Origin: Octopus sinensis
Lineage: Eukaryota
Assembly: GCF_006345805.1 (NCBI RefSeq)
Contig: NW_021833648.1
Span: 43,219-107,218 of the forward strand
Direction: 5' to 3'
Length of the DNA: 64,000 bases
Positions within the stretch are counted from its first letter, which is position 1. The number at the start of each line of letters is the position of its first letter. Under the pieces are notes generated by a model. It did not search any database, was not told the DNA's origin, and saw only the letters and a program-made list of their open reading frames with translations. Below, in pieces: positions 1 to 12,881 of this stretch. The position numbers and the translations under genes are program-made.

Positions 1-95
1 AATATAATGATAATAGTAATAATAATGATAATAATAATAATAATAATGATAATATAATAATAATAATAATAATAAGTAATATAGAAACAATGATC

Positions 96-131
<36 letters not shown>

Positions 132-190
132 TAATAATAATAATATAATAATGATGATGTTGTGATAATAATAATAAGAAAACAACAAAA
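1..190. repeat. (AAT)n microsatellite, degenerate
   Basis: Direct reading of the tandem AAT units. Confidence 0.95.
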
Positions 191-214
191 ATAAAACAAC
201 AATAACAATCCTTT

Positions 215-424
215 GTACTAAAGCCAAAAGGCCCGAAATTTTGGTGGGGTGCTGGAAAGTCGATTCTATCGACCCTAGTACACTTCTGCTACTTATTTTA
301 TTGAATCTGAAAGGATGGAAGGCAAAGTTGACTTCGGCGGAATTTGAACTCAGAACGTTAGAACGGACGAAATGCATATAAACATTTTGCCCTGTGTGAT
401 AACAATTCAATCAACTCGCTGCTT
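215..424 (-). mobile_element. SINE family A (tRNA-derived head GGCGGCGAGCTGGCAGAA...), degenerate copy
   Basis: Reverse complement matches the copies at 5510-5738 and 47963-48192 (GTTCTGAGTTCAAATTCCGCCGAGGTCGACTTTGCCTTTCATCC core with B-box-like GAGTTCAAAT). Confidence 0.8.
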
Positions 425-440
425 TAATAATAATAATGCT

Positions 441-771
441 GAGACCCCCTTCGGTCATGACTGACCATGGTATTGCACCTAGAAAGTTACCCTCCCAGGC
501 ACAAGTCCGGGCAAGGTTGTTCATGGAAGACAAGTAGTCGCCGAAGCATACCGGTCTCCCCTCTTCACGCCACCAGTGTTATCCAAGGGAAAGGCAAACG
601 CCGATACAACTTGGCACCTGTGATGTCGCAACTCATTTCTACAGCTGAGTGAACTGGAGCAATGTGAAATAAAGTATCTTGCTCAAGAACACAACACGCA
701 GCCCGGTCCGGGATTCGAACTCACAACTTCACAATCGTAAGCTCGACGCTCTAACTACTGAGCCATGCGCC
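441..771 (-). mobile_element. SINE family C (tRNA head plus CORE-like central domain)
   Basis: Minus strand starts GGCGCATGGCTCAGTAGTTAGAGC (A box) ... GAGTTCGAATCC (B box), then CTTGAGCAAGATACTTT...CCAGTTCACTCAGCTGTAGAAATGAG, which resembles the CORE domain. Second copy at 4324-4648. Confidence 0.8.
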
Positions 772-776
772 TTCAC

Positions 777-897
<121 letters not shown>

Positions 898-1051
898 GCA
901 ACAAAAAGAAGTGTACCATTGTTATCAAGTGAACGATATTTCAATATCTCGTTCACTTGAAAACAATGGCACTCTTCTTTTTTTGCTTCTATACTTTCTG
1001 GAGGAGTAACCTCAATCCTATAATTATAATTATTATTATTATTATTATTAT

Positions 1052-1444
1052 TGAGTGAGAGAGCAGTGCATGCCATCAAAGTGACACTGGGGTACAGATA
1101 TACGAAGCCTATATACCCATCATGACTACCCGTCTGATAAGGGTACACCAGGCACATGCATCACAACCATATGTGCGCGACATGGTGATCTCATATCAAG
1201 ATAAACAGCACATGACCTTGCAGGTGGGGCCCAGTTAGAATTTTCTTCAGGTTGAGTAGCCCATCCCGCTCAAAAGGTCCCTAAATAAGGGTTGTTTAAG
1301 GATGTTGAAAGAACCACCCATGTTTCCAGAGGTGAATTATTCAAACCCCAAAGAATCCCTCTCAACACATGGCTATGATGCTCCCCCACTACTTCTGCTC
1401 GTGATCAGAGATGCACATATCGTCAGCCACTAAGGGACATGCTC

Positions 1445-1445
<1 letters not shown>
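1052..1445. mobile_element. Interspersed repeat (family D, unclassified)
   Basis: Inverted homolog at about 33720-33960 (CATGTCCCTTGGTGGCTGACGACATGTGCATCTCTGATCACGAGCAGAAGTAGTGGGGGAGCATC...). Confidence 0.7.
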
Positions 1446-1511
<66 letters not shown>

Positions 1512-1549
1512 CATCATAACAATAACAGCAACAACAATCATTTCTACTA

Positions 1550-1760
1550 TAGCCACTAGGTTTGAAATTTGTGTGGAAAAGACCAGTCGATTACATCGAT
1601 CCAAATGTTTCATTTATACTTAATTTATTGGCCCCGAAAGGATGAAGAGCAAACTCGACCTCGGCGGAATTTGAATTATATATAAACAGCCGAAATTAAA
1701 ATTCATAAGGACGGACGAAATGCTGCCAAGCATTTTGCTCGGCGTACTAATGAGTCTGCC
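1550..1760 (-). mobile_element. SINE family A, degenerate
   Basis: CCCCGAAAGGATGAAGAGCAAACTCGACCTCGGCGGAATTTGAA core shared with the other copies. Confidence 0.75.
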
Positions 1761-1796
<36 letters not shown>

Positions 1797-2767
1797 TGGC
1801 AAGAAAAACCTCTCTATGGCAAATACCCAAAGAGAGCGAATAATGCAGATATCGACAAAGCCCTGACCCATCAATGGCTAATGGCCTCTGGCTTAAAATC
1901 TGAAACAGAGGGGTTTATCATAGCAGCTCAAGATCAATGCCTACCAACAGAAACTACCACGCCAACATATTAAAGAACGGCAGTAGCCCAACATGTCGTG
2001 TATGCCGACAACAATTGAAACCATTGACCATGTTGTCTCCAATGCAGTCTTCTAGCGCCTACAGAGTACCTCAGTAGGCATGATAGAGCTGCACAATATA
2101 TTCACTGGGTAATTTGCAAAATCTGGATTTGCCCCATGAAAAAAACTGGTGGGAACACAATCCACCTCCTGTGCTTGAAAATGACCACATCTCACTCCTC
2201 TGGAACTTCACCATTCAACTGACAGGAAGATAGATGCAAATAGGCCAGACATTATATTGAAAGACTTCAGACAAAGAACATGCCTCCTCATTGATATGAC
2301 TGTCCCAATCGATATAAACGTATCTGTCAGACCTACCAAAAACTGAGCAAATATAAAGATCTTGAAATAGAAATCAGCAAAATGTGGAAGCTGAAGACTA
2401 AAACAATACCTGTTGTCATAGGTGCCCTGGGAATGATAGCGAAAGGGACTGATTGCTACCTAACTCAGATACCAGGAAACCCCAAAATGGCAGAAATTCA
2501 AAAGATAGTGCTCATGGGAACTGCTCATATCCTACGCAAAATACTCTCTATGTAATCCCAAGGTTTAAAACAAACTTTTTCTTTTTTTTTATTTATTTAT
2601 TTATTTATTATTATTTTTTTATGTATTAGACATTCACTAGTACAACACCAAAAAAAAAAAAAAAAAAACCAAATATATGGCACAGAACTTCCAACCTGTT
2701 GTCTCTTGAGGTCTCTGGGTGAGACTTGGAGCCAACTTGTACAGACATAAAGAAAAAGTCAAACATA

Positions 2768-2768
<1 letters not shown>
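1797..2768 (+). mobile_element. R4/Dong-clade non-LTR retrotransposon, 5'-truncated 3' end (CCHC plus restriction-like endonuclease), frameshifted
   Basis: Translates across frameshifts as WQEKPLYGKYP...SETEGFIIAAQDQ...CRVC...ETIDHVV...RPDIIL...LIDMTVP...LSKYKDLEIEI...MGTAHILRKILSM*. Stop at 2553-2555, then a 3'UTR. Flanked on both sides by (AAT)n. Confidence 0.88.
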
Positions 2769-2817
<49 letters not shown>

Positions 2818-2840
2818 TAATAATAATAATAATAATAATA

Positions 2841-2969
2841 AATCCTACGCAGAACACTTTCCATACAATAACCATCAGAGCATCACAACAAATCACAGCA
2901 CATACCCAAGGCACACAGAGCTGCGCTCGGTAGTGAAGTGAAATCACGCTATAAAAATAAAACTACTGG
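2841..2969 (+). mobile_element. R4/Dong-clade 3' terminus, very short (second family)
   Basis: Encodes ILRRTLSIQ*, homologous to the C-terminal ILRKILSM*, plus a distinct 3'UTR. (AAT)n on both sides. Confidence 0.65.
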
Positions 2970-3017
<48 letters not shown>

Positions 3018-3020
<3 letters not shown>

Positions 3021-3840
3021 CATCAGTGGACGAGAAGCTCAGGACCGAAAGCAGAGACTGAAGGTTTCATATTGGCGGTACAAGATCAAAAACTACCAGG
3101 CTATCATTCTTCAAAATGTTGTGACCCTAAATGCAGAGTTTGCGATAAATTTGATGAAACAGGATGACCTATGCTGACACCAAAAGAATACAAAAATCGC
3201 TACGATAGGGTAGGACAGTATTTACATTGGAAAATATGTAAACACTACAAAGTCAGCACTCCTGCTTACTAGTATGAACATCATCCTGAGCCAGTCCTTG
3301 AAGGTAAAAATGTCACTATCCTCTGGGAATTTTCTATCAACACCGACAGAACGATCCAGACTAATCGACCAGATATAGTCATTAAAGACAGAGAAGAAAA
3401 TACTTATAGACTAATAGATGTAAATGTTCCCACCAATAAAAAATATATCTGTAAAGGAATTTGACAAATTAAGTAAATATAAGGACCTGGAAATTGAAAT
3501 AAAAAGGATGTGGGATCTTAAAGCGAGAACTGTTCCTGTTATTGTGGGTGCCTTTGGTATAAGAAAGGGATGTCAGAAACATCGAGATAATATTCCAGGA
3601 GAACCATGTCTCAGAGAAATCCAAAAGATTGTGCTGACGAGTACTGCCCACATCCTTAGAAAAACCCTATCAACTTAAATGTATGGGCTGTATTAAATGA
3701 AGCTATTTCGCTACTGCCCCTGCCATTTGCCTTCACCAAGCTTTCTGTCATATTGTAACATCGCTTATCCTTCCTTTGCCCTGGGGCACTGGGTGTGTGT
3801 CGACGAGTGATTGTAATAAGCATGTAGATTAAACCTAAAT
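3018..3840 (+). mobile_element. R4/Dong-clade 3' end (third family), degenerate
   Basis: THQW...AETEGFIL...QDQ, RPDIVIKD and ORF 3424-3678 (KLSKYKDLEIEIKRMWDLK...TSTAHILRKTLST*). Preceded by (AAT)n. Confidence 0.85.
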
Positions 3841-4323
3841 CATTATAATAATTATCATTATAAAGAATAACGAAACAATGATAATAAACAATGACTCAAA
3901 ATCAAAACGACATAGTATTCGCGTCTATTTTGATATACACACACACACACACACACGCACAAGCATACATGCACACACACATACATGTATACACACACAA
4001 ACACATATACATGGTTTAGTATGAAGTTCGCATTGCAACCATGTGGTATGGAGTTCATTCCTGCACCATGGCAACTTGGGTATCTTCTACAACAGCTTCA
4101 AATCAACATACAACTGTGTGGAAGCCCACTAGTTATTCGAATATATATAGCCAAAATTGAGAGGTACAGCGTTCTATTCTCTGTAGCGGATGTTGGCAAC
4201 TTTTTCTGTCTTCTTTGAGTATTTACCCATTCTTCTAAGCTGTTTTTACAGCTGTTCTGCATTCGAGAAATTCTTTTATTTTCTGTAGAATATATATATA
4301 TATAAATAAAAGGTACTGGGTAA

Positions 4324-4648
4324 AGACCCCTTCAGTCATGAATGATCATAGGATTGCACCTAGGAAGTTACAAGTCCGAGATACAAGTCCGGGCAAGGCT
4401 GTTTATGGAAGACCAGCAGTCGCCCATGCATACCAGTCTCCCTCCTCCACGCCACTGATGTTATTTAACATAAAGACCGAGGCCGATACAGCCTCCCGCC
4501 AATGACGTTCCAGCTCATTTTTACAGGTGAGTGAACTAAAGCAACGTGAAATAAAATGTGTTGCTCAAGAACACAACACACCCCGGTCCAGGAATCGAAC
4601 TCACCACTTCGTGATTGTGAGCTCGACGCTCTAAACACTGAGCCATGC
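4324..4648 (-). mobile_element. SINE family C
   Basis: Colinear homolog of 441-771. Confidence 0.8.
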
Positions 4649-4704
4649 ATGTGTTTGTACGTGTGTGTGTGTGCGTGTGTATATATATATTCTTTCTTTT
4701 CTTT

Positions 4705-4894
4705 TCTTTTATCTGTTTCAGTTATTTGACTGTGGCCATGCTGGAGCACCGCCTTTAGTCGAACAAATCGATCCCAGTACGTATTCTTCGTAAGCCAAGT
4801 ACTTATTCTATCGGTCTCTTTTGCTGAACCTCTAAGTTACGGGGACGTGAACACACCAGCGTCGGTTGTCAAGCGATGGTGGGGGACAAACACA

Positions 4895-4972
<78 letters not shown>

Positions 4973-5103
4973 CGACGGGCTTCAATCAATTTCCGTCTAC
5001 CAAATCCACTCACAAGGCTTTTGTTGGCCCGAGCCTATAGTTGAAGACACTTGTCAGAGGTGCCACGCAGACGGACTGAACCCGGAACCATGTGGTTGGT
5101 AAG
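4705..5103 (-). mobile_element. SINE family B (tRNA-like head, internal TA/TG microsatellite, LINE-like tail)
   Basis: Homologous to 6720-7140 in reverse orientation. Confidence 0.8.
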
Positions 5104-5400
5104 ATATAAATACGTGTGTGAATGTGTGTGTGCACGCTCGCGTGTCCCTGCATTTGAGTCACTTGACAACCAGTGTTAGTTTGTTTATATCTCCGTAACT
5201 TAGCGGTTCGGTAGAAGATACCGTAGATCAAGTACTGGATTTCGAAAAGTACTGGGGCTGATTTGTTCGATTAAACCCTCTAAGTTTGCACCCCATCATG
5301 GCTACAGAACAATGACTGTGAGTGTGTGTGTGTGTGTTGGCGTTTGTGTGAGCGTATGTCTGTGAATAAGTATGTATGTATGTATGTGTTTATGTATATA

Positions 5401-5473
<73 letters not shown>

Positions 5474-5509
5474 ATATGTGTGTGTTGTGTGTGTGTGTGT
5501 GTGTGTTAT

Positions 5510-5738
5510 GGAGGCGAGCTGGCAGCAACGTTAGCACACCGGGCGAAATGCTAAGCGGTATTTCGTCTGCCGTTACGTTCTGAGTTCAAATTCCGCCGAG
5601 GTCGAGTTTGCCTTTCATCCTTTCGGGGTCGATAAATTAAGTACCAGTTACGCACTGGGTCGATGTAATCGACTTAATCCCTTTGTCTGTCCTTGTTTGT
5701 CCTCTCTGTGTTTAGCCCCTTGTGGGTAGTAAAGAAAT
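5510..5738 (+). mobile_element. SINE family A, near full length
   Basis: GGAGGCGAGCTGGCAGCAACGTTAGCAC...GAGTTCAAATTCC...GTGGGTAGTAAAGAAAT; many dispersed copies in the window. Confidence 0.88.
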
Positions 5739-6395
5739 ATATATATGTATTATGTGTGTGTGTGTATGTGTGTGTGTGTGTATGTGTGTTTTATTCGTAC
5801 GTTATCCTGATTTCTAACTACGGTTTTAACGACTGAACTACAAACGCCACAACAAACACAACCGATACCAATAACAATAACGAACATAATAACACTACTA
5901 CTACTACTACTACAACTACTACAACAAGAACAACAACAAAAACATTAATAATAATAAGAATTAGGATTAGGAAGAAGAAAAAGGAGGAGGAGGAGAGGAG
6001 GGGCCTGCAGAAATAATGCCAGTATGAACAGTCACATTCACCAATCACCCATACTTTAAATCGTCTCCCTAAAAAATCACTCGACAGCAACAACAATAAA
6101 GACGACGGCAAGAACAATTTCTATAAGAGATTACCATCAAAGACGTCTTTATAATCTGCTCCACCCACACGATTTCTTATTTACAAATACGCCATTTCTT
6201 ATTTATGTGTGTATGCGCGCGCGCGTGTGTAAGCATTGTTAACAGAGTGTATATATGTATATATATATATGCTCCCACTACACACACACGCACTCATGTA
6301 ATGTAAATATTGTGAGAATTTTGGTAACTGACACGGATGGACATGAAGACAACTATATATTTACAAACACAGATATTTTGAAATATATCTGTGTG

Positions 6396-6463
<68 letters not shown>

Positions 6464-6719
6464 CGTGTGTGTCTGTGAGTGTGTGTGTGAATGTATATGT
6501 GTGTGTGTACGTATATTTATATACACATAAACACGCACCTTAATGTTTGTTTTCATGTACAGTTATATATAAAAACAGTCAACATTAATTGAAGGATCAC
6601 TCAATGACATTCAAACGAGTATCGGGTTTTTTTGTACAAAAAAATAGGTCCACAGTAACTTCGAAGTTTCGGTTTAATTGCATGCATCATACACACAAAC
6701 ACACACACACACACACATT

Positions 6720-7140
6720 ATGGCTGTGTGGTAAGTACCTTGCTTACGAACCACATGGTTCTGGGTTCAGTCCCACTGCTTGTCACCTTGGGCAAGTGTC
6801 TTCAACTATAGTCTCGGGCCGACCAAAACCTTGTGAGTGGATTTGGAAGACAGAAACTGAAAGAAGCCCGTCGTATATATGTATGTATATATATATGTGT
6901 ATGTGTGTATATATGTTGTGTATCTGTGTTTGTCCCCCCCCCAACATCGCTTGACAACCGATGCTGGTGTGTTTAGGTCCCCGTAACTTAGCGGTTCGTC
7001 AAAAGAGACCGATAGAATAAGTACTAGGTTTACAAAGAATAAGTCCTGGGGTCGATTTGATTCGACTAAAGGCGGTACTCCAGCATGGCCGCAGTAAAAT
7101 GACTGAAACAAGTAAAAGAATAAAAGAGTAAAGAGTAAGA
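6720..7140 (+). mobile_element. SINE family B, near full length
   Basis: GGCTGTGTGGTAAG...GGTTCAGTCCC (B-box-like)...AAGCCCGTCG-(TA/TG)n-...GGCGGTACTCCAGCATGGCC...GACTGAAACAAGTAAAAG. Confidence 0.85.
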
Positions 7141-7689
7141 AGATCAAAATATCTTGAAGTTATCACAAAACTCACTGAATGTAGAAGACTAATTTCAGTG
7201 GTTTTCCAGTGCATTTTATGACTCTTACTGGAAGATGTGAATCAATTTGTCTAGTTTCTAGGATTTTCAGACCTTCGTCAGGGAGAATGCTCATCTTCAG
7301 TTCGAATACAGAAATTATTGTCTAATTGCTTCTGATGATGTTTAAAATGACTATTAGAGTTAAACCGGTTTGACTGATTTTCATAACAGTTCTTGCAATA
7401 ATAACGTGCATTGATAAGTTGATAAATGAATGAATTACTGACTGAATTAATGATTAAACGAATGAATAATGCATTGTATAGAATTTATAATTCAAATTGC
7501 ATCATATTTTTAAATTGTTTTAATCAATAGACTGCGGTACCTCTTTTGAAGCTATCCATACCAAGCATATACCTGAGAGATGTTTGAACCAGTAACAAAC
7601 TTTTCGCTGCAATTTGTTAAAAAATCTCTCAAATATATACGTGCATACATGTGTGTATTATGTATATATGTATGTTCGTATTTGCGCAC

Positions 7690-8537
7690 AGCTGTGAGGG
7701 GAAATTGTCGATTCAACATCTGTGAGTTATCAAAAGATGTGCAGATTAGTTATGGTTCAGTCTAGTCCATTATCACTGAAGGTATGAGATGCATGTCTGC
7801 TGGGTTTCTGCAAAAACTGCTTTCAGCTGACCAAAAGACACTCGGGTTTCAGTTGCACAAGATCTCAAATGTGTCTAGAACGATGAAAACATTTTAAAAA
7901 CGGTCATAATGGGTGATGAATCGTGGCTGTATGTTTCGGACTCCAAAACAAAGGCTCAGTCTTCGCAGTCGAGGACCCCAGCCTCTCCGAGATCGGAGAA
8001 AGCACGAATGAATCGAAGCAATGTGAAGACACTGCTGACTGTTTTTTTTTTTCGACTACAAGGGATTGTTCGTCATGAGTATGCTCCATCTGATCAGACA
8101 GTAATCAAGGAGTACTACCGTGACGTTTTGCAGCGTTTGCGGGGTGCTATTCATCGGAAAAGGCCACGAGTGGATGCGTCCGGTGAGTGGCAATTGCACC
8201 ATGACAACACACCTGCCCTTTCAGCGCAACTTGTGCAACAATTTTTTACTAAGCACAACATTCCCCAGGTCCGACAGCCACCGTACTCCCCAGATATCGC
8301 CCCTTGCGACTTATTCCTCTTTCCAAAAATCAAATCGCGCTCGAAAGGAAGAATGCGACGAGGCAGCTGCTGATTATCCGAGAAAACGAGTTCCAGGGAT
8401 GCTTCCATCAATGGAAACCACACTGGATTAAGTATGTGGCTTTCGAAGGGGAGTACTTCGAAGGAGATTAAATAACAAATTGGTTCGTGTTGTAGTTTTG
8501 TTCTTATAGCACCGGTCCAGATACTTATTGATCAGAC
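7690..8537 (+). mobile_element. Mariner transposon remnant (degenerate transposase)
   Basis: ORF 7909-8373 has GDESW, LHHDN and YSPDIAPCDLFLFPK motifs. Upstream frames continue the transposase. Probable right TIR near 8515-8537. Frameshifted. Confidence 0.88.
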
Positions 8538-8894
8538 AGACCGCATACGATGGTCTGTCCACTTGATACGCTTATGAACGCCATTGTTTCTATTCTCTTC
8601 TTCACCCCCTTACCAACACGTAACTGATTCGTTTTGTTCTTTCTTTTCTTTTCTTCTTTCTTTAGTAACAGTAAACACTGTGTGCATTAGAAGACTTCAT
8701 GTCTTAAAGTGTGAGTTTTAATGCATACGCACGGGACCGTATTGTGTGTGTATGTGTGTAGATATCCATGTATACATTAGTATATATATGTATATGTTTG
8801 CCTATGTATGTTTGTATGTATATATGTTTTAGCTTTTCTATGTGTTCGCATATATATATCTATATATATATATAAACATATATACACACACACA

Positions 8895-8952
<58 letters not shown>

Positions 8953-9004
8953 GATGTGTTGATTGATTTAAGTATGTTGTCTCCATTTTCTATTTTGTTG
9001 TATA

Positions 9005-9050
<46 letters not shown>

Positions 9051-9632
9051 GTGGTGTGCGTTTCTTTTTAGTGTGTGCAAGTATAACAATGCATGCATAC
9101 GTTTGTATCTATGAAAATAACGTGTGTCTGCGTATTTACGCATGTAAATTTCTGTAGCTTTATATTTTTTTAAAATAGACTCACATTTATATTAACTGAA
9201 CTTATTTACCATATACTTATTTCTCTGGACATGTATATTCTCCTTTTTAAACAAAGAATTTCTTTTTGATTTAAGGTTTTCTTCGATCTTATTACAACTC
9301 AATATTTATGCCTTTTAATTTTTAATCTTTTTAATCTTTAATATTCATATTCATCGCTTCTTGTAAAAGCCGTTAGCTGAAACGACCAGTGAAATTCAAA
9401 TGTGTATCTGTCAATGTGAATTGCAGTATAAGATATTATACGTAGAACCTATTTCTTCTTCCATTCTGAATCACAACTGTCTAGCGAACGGAAACATGAA
9501 ACTCTGAGTAGAAATTATTTTGTGATATTTTTGTGATGTTTTTGCAGCTTTAATAACAAAAACATATTACTCTACCTTCGGTTTTCGAGTACTATTTTTC
9601 CCCACCTTGTTTCACATTTATGAGCTTACTCC

Positions 9633-9687
<55 letters not shown>

Positions 9688-9765
9688 ATATATATATATA
9701 TATATAATATCGTTATTAGAAAAGCATAACATCGGAGAAGTACACTAAGAAATAGAGAGGTCTAT

Positions 9766-10083
9766 ATTTTTATCCGGTGAAGGTCGTCTTATGGTGTTAC
9801 TCTGGGTTTCCCGTCCATAAAGAGTTCAGCTTTATGGCGTCTCGTCAATGCTTCATGGCCTAAGACCATATTTAAAATATCTTTTCCTTTGCTGGTGCTG
9901 CGCTACAAGGAAAGGTTGGTGGCCTTTCTTATGGTGTTATTAATATTTCTCAAAATTTGGTCACTAGACCAATCTCGGAGAAGCCATCAGGCATTGGGGT
10001 TTGACGTTATGTTATAAAGTTGACCCCTATATTGACGGGAAACCCAGGCTAACCCAGAGTAGCCGGCCTTCACCAGATAAATA
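9766..10083. mobile_element. MITE with imperfect long (about 70 bp) terminal inverted repeats
   Basis: Left TATCCGGTGAAGGTCG...CTGGGTTTCCCGTCCATA...CAGCTTTAT versus right ATAAAGTTGAC...TATTGACGGGAAACCCAG...CCGGCCTTCACCAGATA. Confidence 0.6.
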
Positions 10084-10561
10084 TATATATCCAGCTATTA
10101 GACCATTAGATTGCAGTCATGCTGGGGTACCGCGTTGAAGAACTTTAGACACACGAATAAATCCTAGTATTTATAAGTTTGAATCTTATCCTATTACCCA
10201 CTTTTGTCAACCCGCAAGGTTACCGAGAGATCAACATACACCCACACCGGTTTTAAAACGGTGGTGGAACAAGCACAGCGCACACATACACGCGCGCGAT
10301 CATACACACACTCTATCAACATAGAGTGACAAGATTTGACAAACAAGGTGACGCGGAGAAATATTCCACACAATACGTCTTTATAGAACTAAACAAACAA
10401 GGTCCACGCCCCCACACATGATATAAAGTATATATATATATATATGTGTGTGTATGTGTGTGTGTGCGTGTGTGTGTGATATATATATATATATATACAT
10501 ATCTATACATACATATATATATATGTATATATAAATATATAATATACATATATATATATAT

Positions 10562-10664
10562 ATTGACAGACAGTCGGACAAACAGATAGATAGACAGACA
10601 GATAGACAGACAGACAGACATATACACAGACAGACAGATAGACAAATAGATAGAAAGATAGATA

Positions 10665-10728
<64 letters not shown>

Positions 10729-10770
10729 GTAGGTAATTAGACAAACAGACGGATAGATAGATAGACAGAC

Positions 10771-10842
<72 letters not shown>

Positions 10843-10843
10843 C
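10562..10843. repeat. (GATA)n/(GACA)n compound microsatellite
   Basis: Direct reading. Confidence 0.95.
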
Positions 10844-10876
10844 TAATACACATTCATTTGCATCACTCATACGTGC

Positions 10877-10928
<52 letters not shown>

Positions 10929-11454
10929 TACACACACTCATGCACACGTAACTATATATATACATGCCTATACACATACTATACACTATATATACACTAT
11001 ACTATATATATATACACATATACAAATACTATACACACACGCGTATATATATATACCATATGCATACATATGTATATATATCCTGTATACGCACATATTT
11101 ATATGTGCGTATACAGGCACACATAGATATATGATAGATATATGCACTCAGAAACGAGTGAAGGATATTGCTATATATGTGTGTGTGACTTTCTGCGTAT
11201 GGGAGTATGTTGTGTCTCCACATCCGTACTAAGATAATCACACAATGTGAATATTCATATACGTTGCTGCATATATATATATACTATACATGGTCATATA
11301 TAGGTATATAGATATATACATGCATACGCATATACACATATATATGCCTTTATGTCTATGAATGTCTCCCTGTCTCTCTGTTTATATATATAATATATAT
11401 ATCATATATATATAATATATATGCACATTTGTATATATGCATACACACACCGTG

Positions 11455-11498
<44 letters not shown>

Positions 11499-11703
11499 AT
11501 ATACATACATATATATACACACACACATACATATACAACAAACACTCACATGAATATATACAGTCATGTAGATTTATCTATATCCATATATATATTTGTT
11601 TTTCTGTCTTCGCTATGTGTTGGCGTGTGCTTGAATGTGTGTTCCTGCGATTTGGTTGCGGGTTGGTGTATATTATGAGCATACATGCACGTAGGTTTTA
11701 TGT

Positions 11704-11738
<35 letters not shown>

Positions 11739-12009
11739 TGCGTAAGTAAAGGAATGTACAAGTCAAAAAAGACACTTGAATATAAACCAATTAAAAACGG
11801 TTGCTAGTAACATAGAGCTTTTCTTATCTCTTTCGCAAGAGACTGACACAAAAGCGTGCTCTAACAAAACAAGTTTGCGTCGCTTTCTGAAGACACAAAT
11901 GATGTCAGTTTGAAGTTTAACAAACTTATATTGATCGCAACATTAAACAAACATACCTCCAAATATGTAGAGCAATATCTGCTTAGATGTGTACTTACAT
12001 AGAGACATT

Positions 12010-12069
<60 letters not shown>

Positions 12070-12257
12070 AACACACACACACATACTCACACACAAACAC
12101 ACACACATATATAGGTACACAGATGTGTATATATCTCTGTAGGTATGCATACACGCAAGCATTCACGCATTCATTCTTTCATAGATATATATAGGCATAT
12201 ATGCATATCTGTAACTCTGTTTATCGACATTTACTTGTGCGTGTGTATGTGTGCGTA

Positions 12258-12294
12258 GATAATAGACAGATAAATAAATAAATAGATAGATAGG

Positions 12295-12354
<60 letters not shown>

Positions 12355-12379
12355 AAAACAGACAGACAGACAGACAGAC

Positions 12380-12426
<47 letters not shown>

Positions 12427-12498
12427 CAGATAGATAGATAGATAGATAGAAAGACAGACAGACAGACAGAAATAGATAGATAGATAGATAGATAATAT

Positions 12499-12535
<37 letters not shown>
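12258..12535. repeat. (GATA)n/(GACA)n microsatellite abutting the 3' end of Tx1 copy 1
   Basis: Direct reading. Confidence 0.95.
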
Positions 12536-12536
<1 letters not shown>

Positions 12537-12881
12537 TGTTTCTTATTAGCCACACAGGCTGCACACAGATAGAACAAATTACAAGGTAGAGCTTTTCTTT
12601 TGGGGGTAAAAAAAGGAGAGTGGTGGTTTTCGATCAAAAGGATCGTAAAAGGAAAGAAAAAGGACAAAAAAGGGGGGGGGAAAAAAAATGAATAATAGGG
12701 ATCGTTATCACAGAAATGTCAATATGAAGTGTAAAGGGGAGGACAGGTGAGGTTTACCCGTGGAAAGAAAAGCCTACGGAAAAGACCACGGTAACCTCGG
12801 TCAATGAAGTCACATGTATATTTCTTTTTTTTTTTTTTTTTTTTTTTGCAAATAAGCACTCTCTGTATTAATTTTTATGGT

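Noticed and set aside
700-771. tRNA-like A/B boxes (also at other SINE heads)
   Set aside because: They run into SINE bodies and lack a complete cloverleaf with acceptor stem, so they are not tRNA genes.
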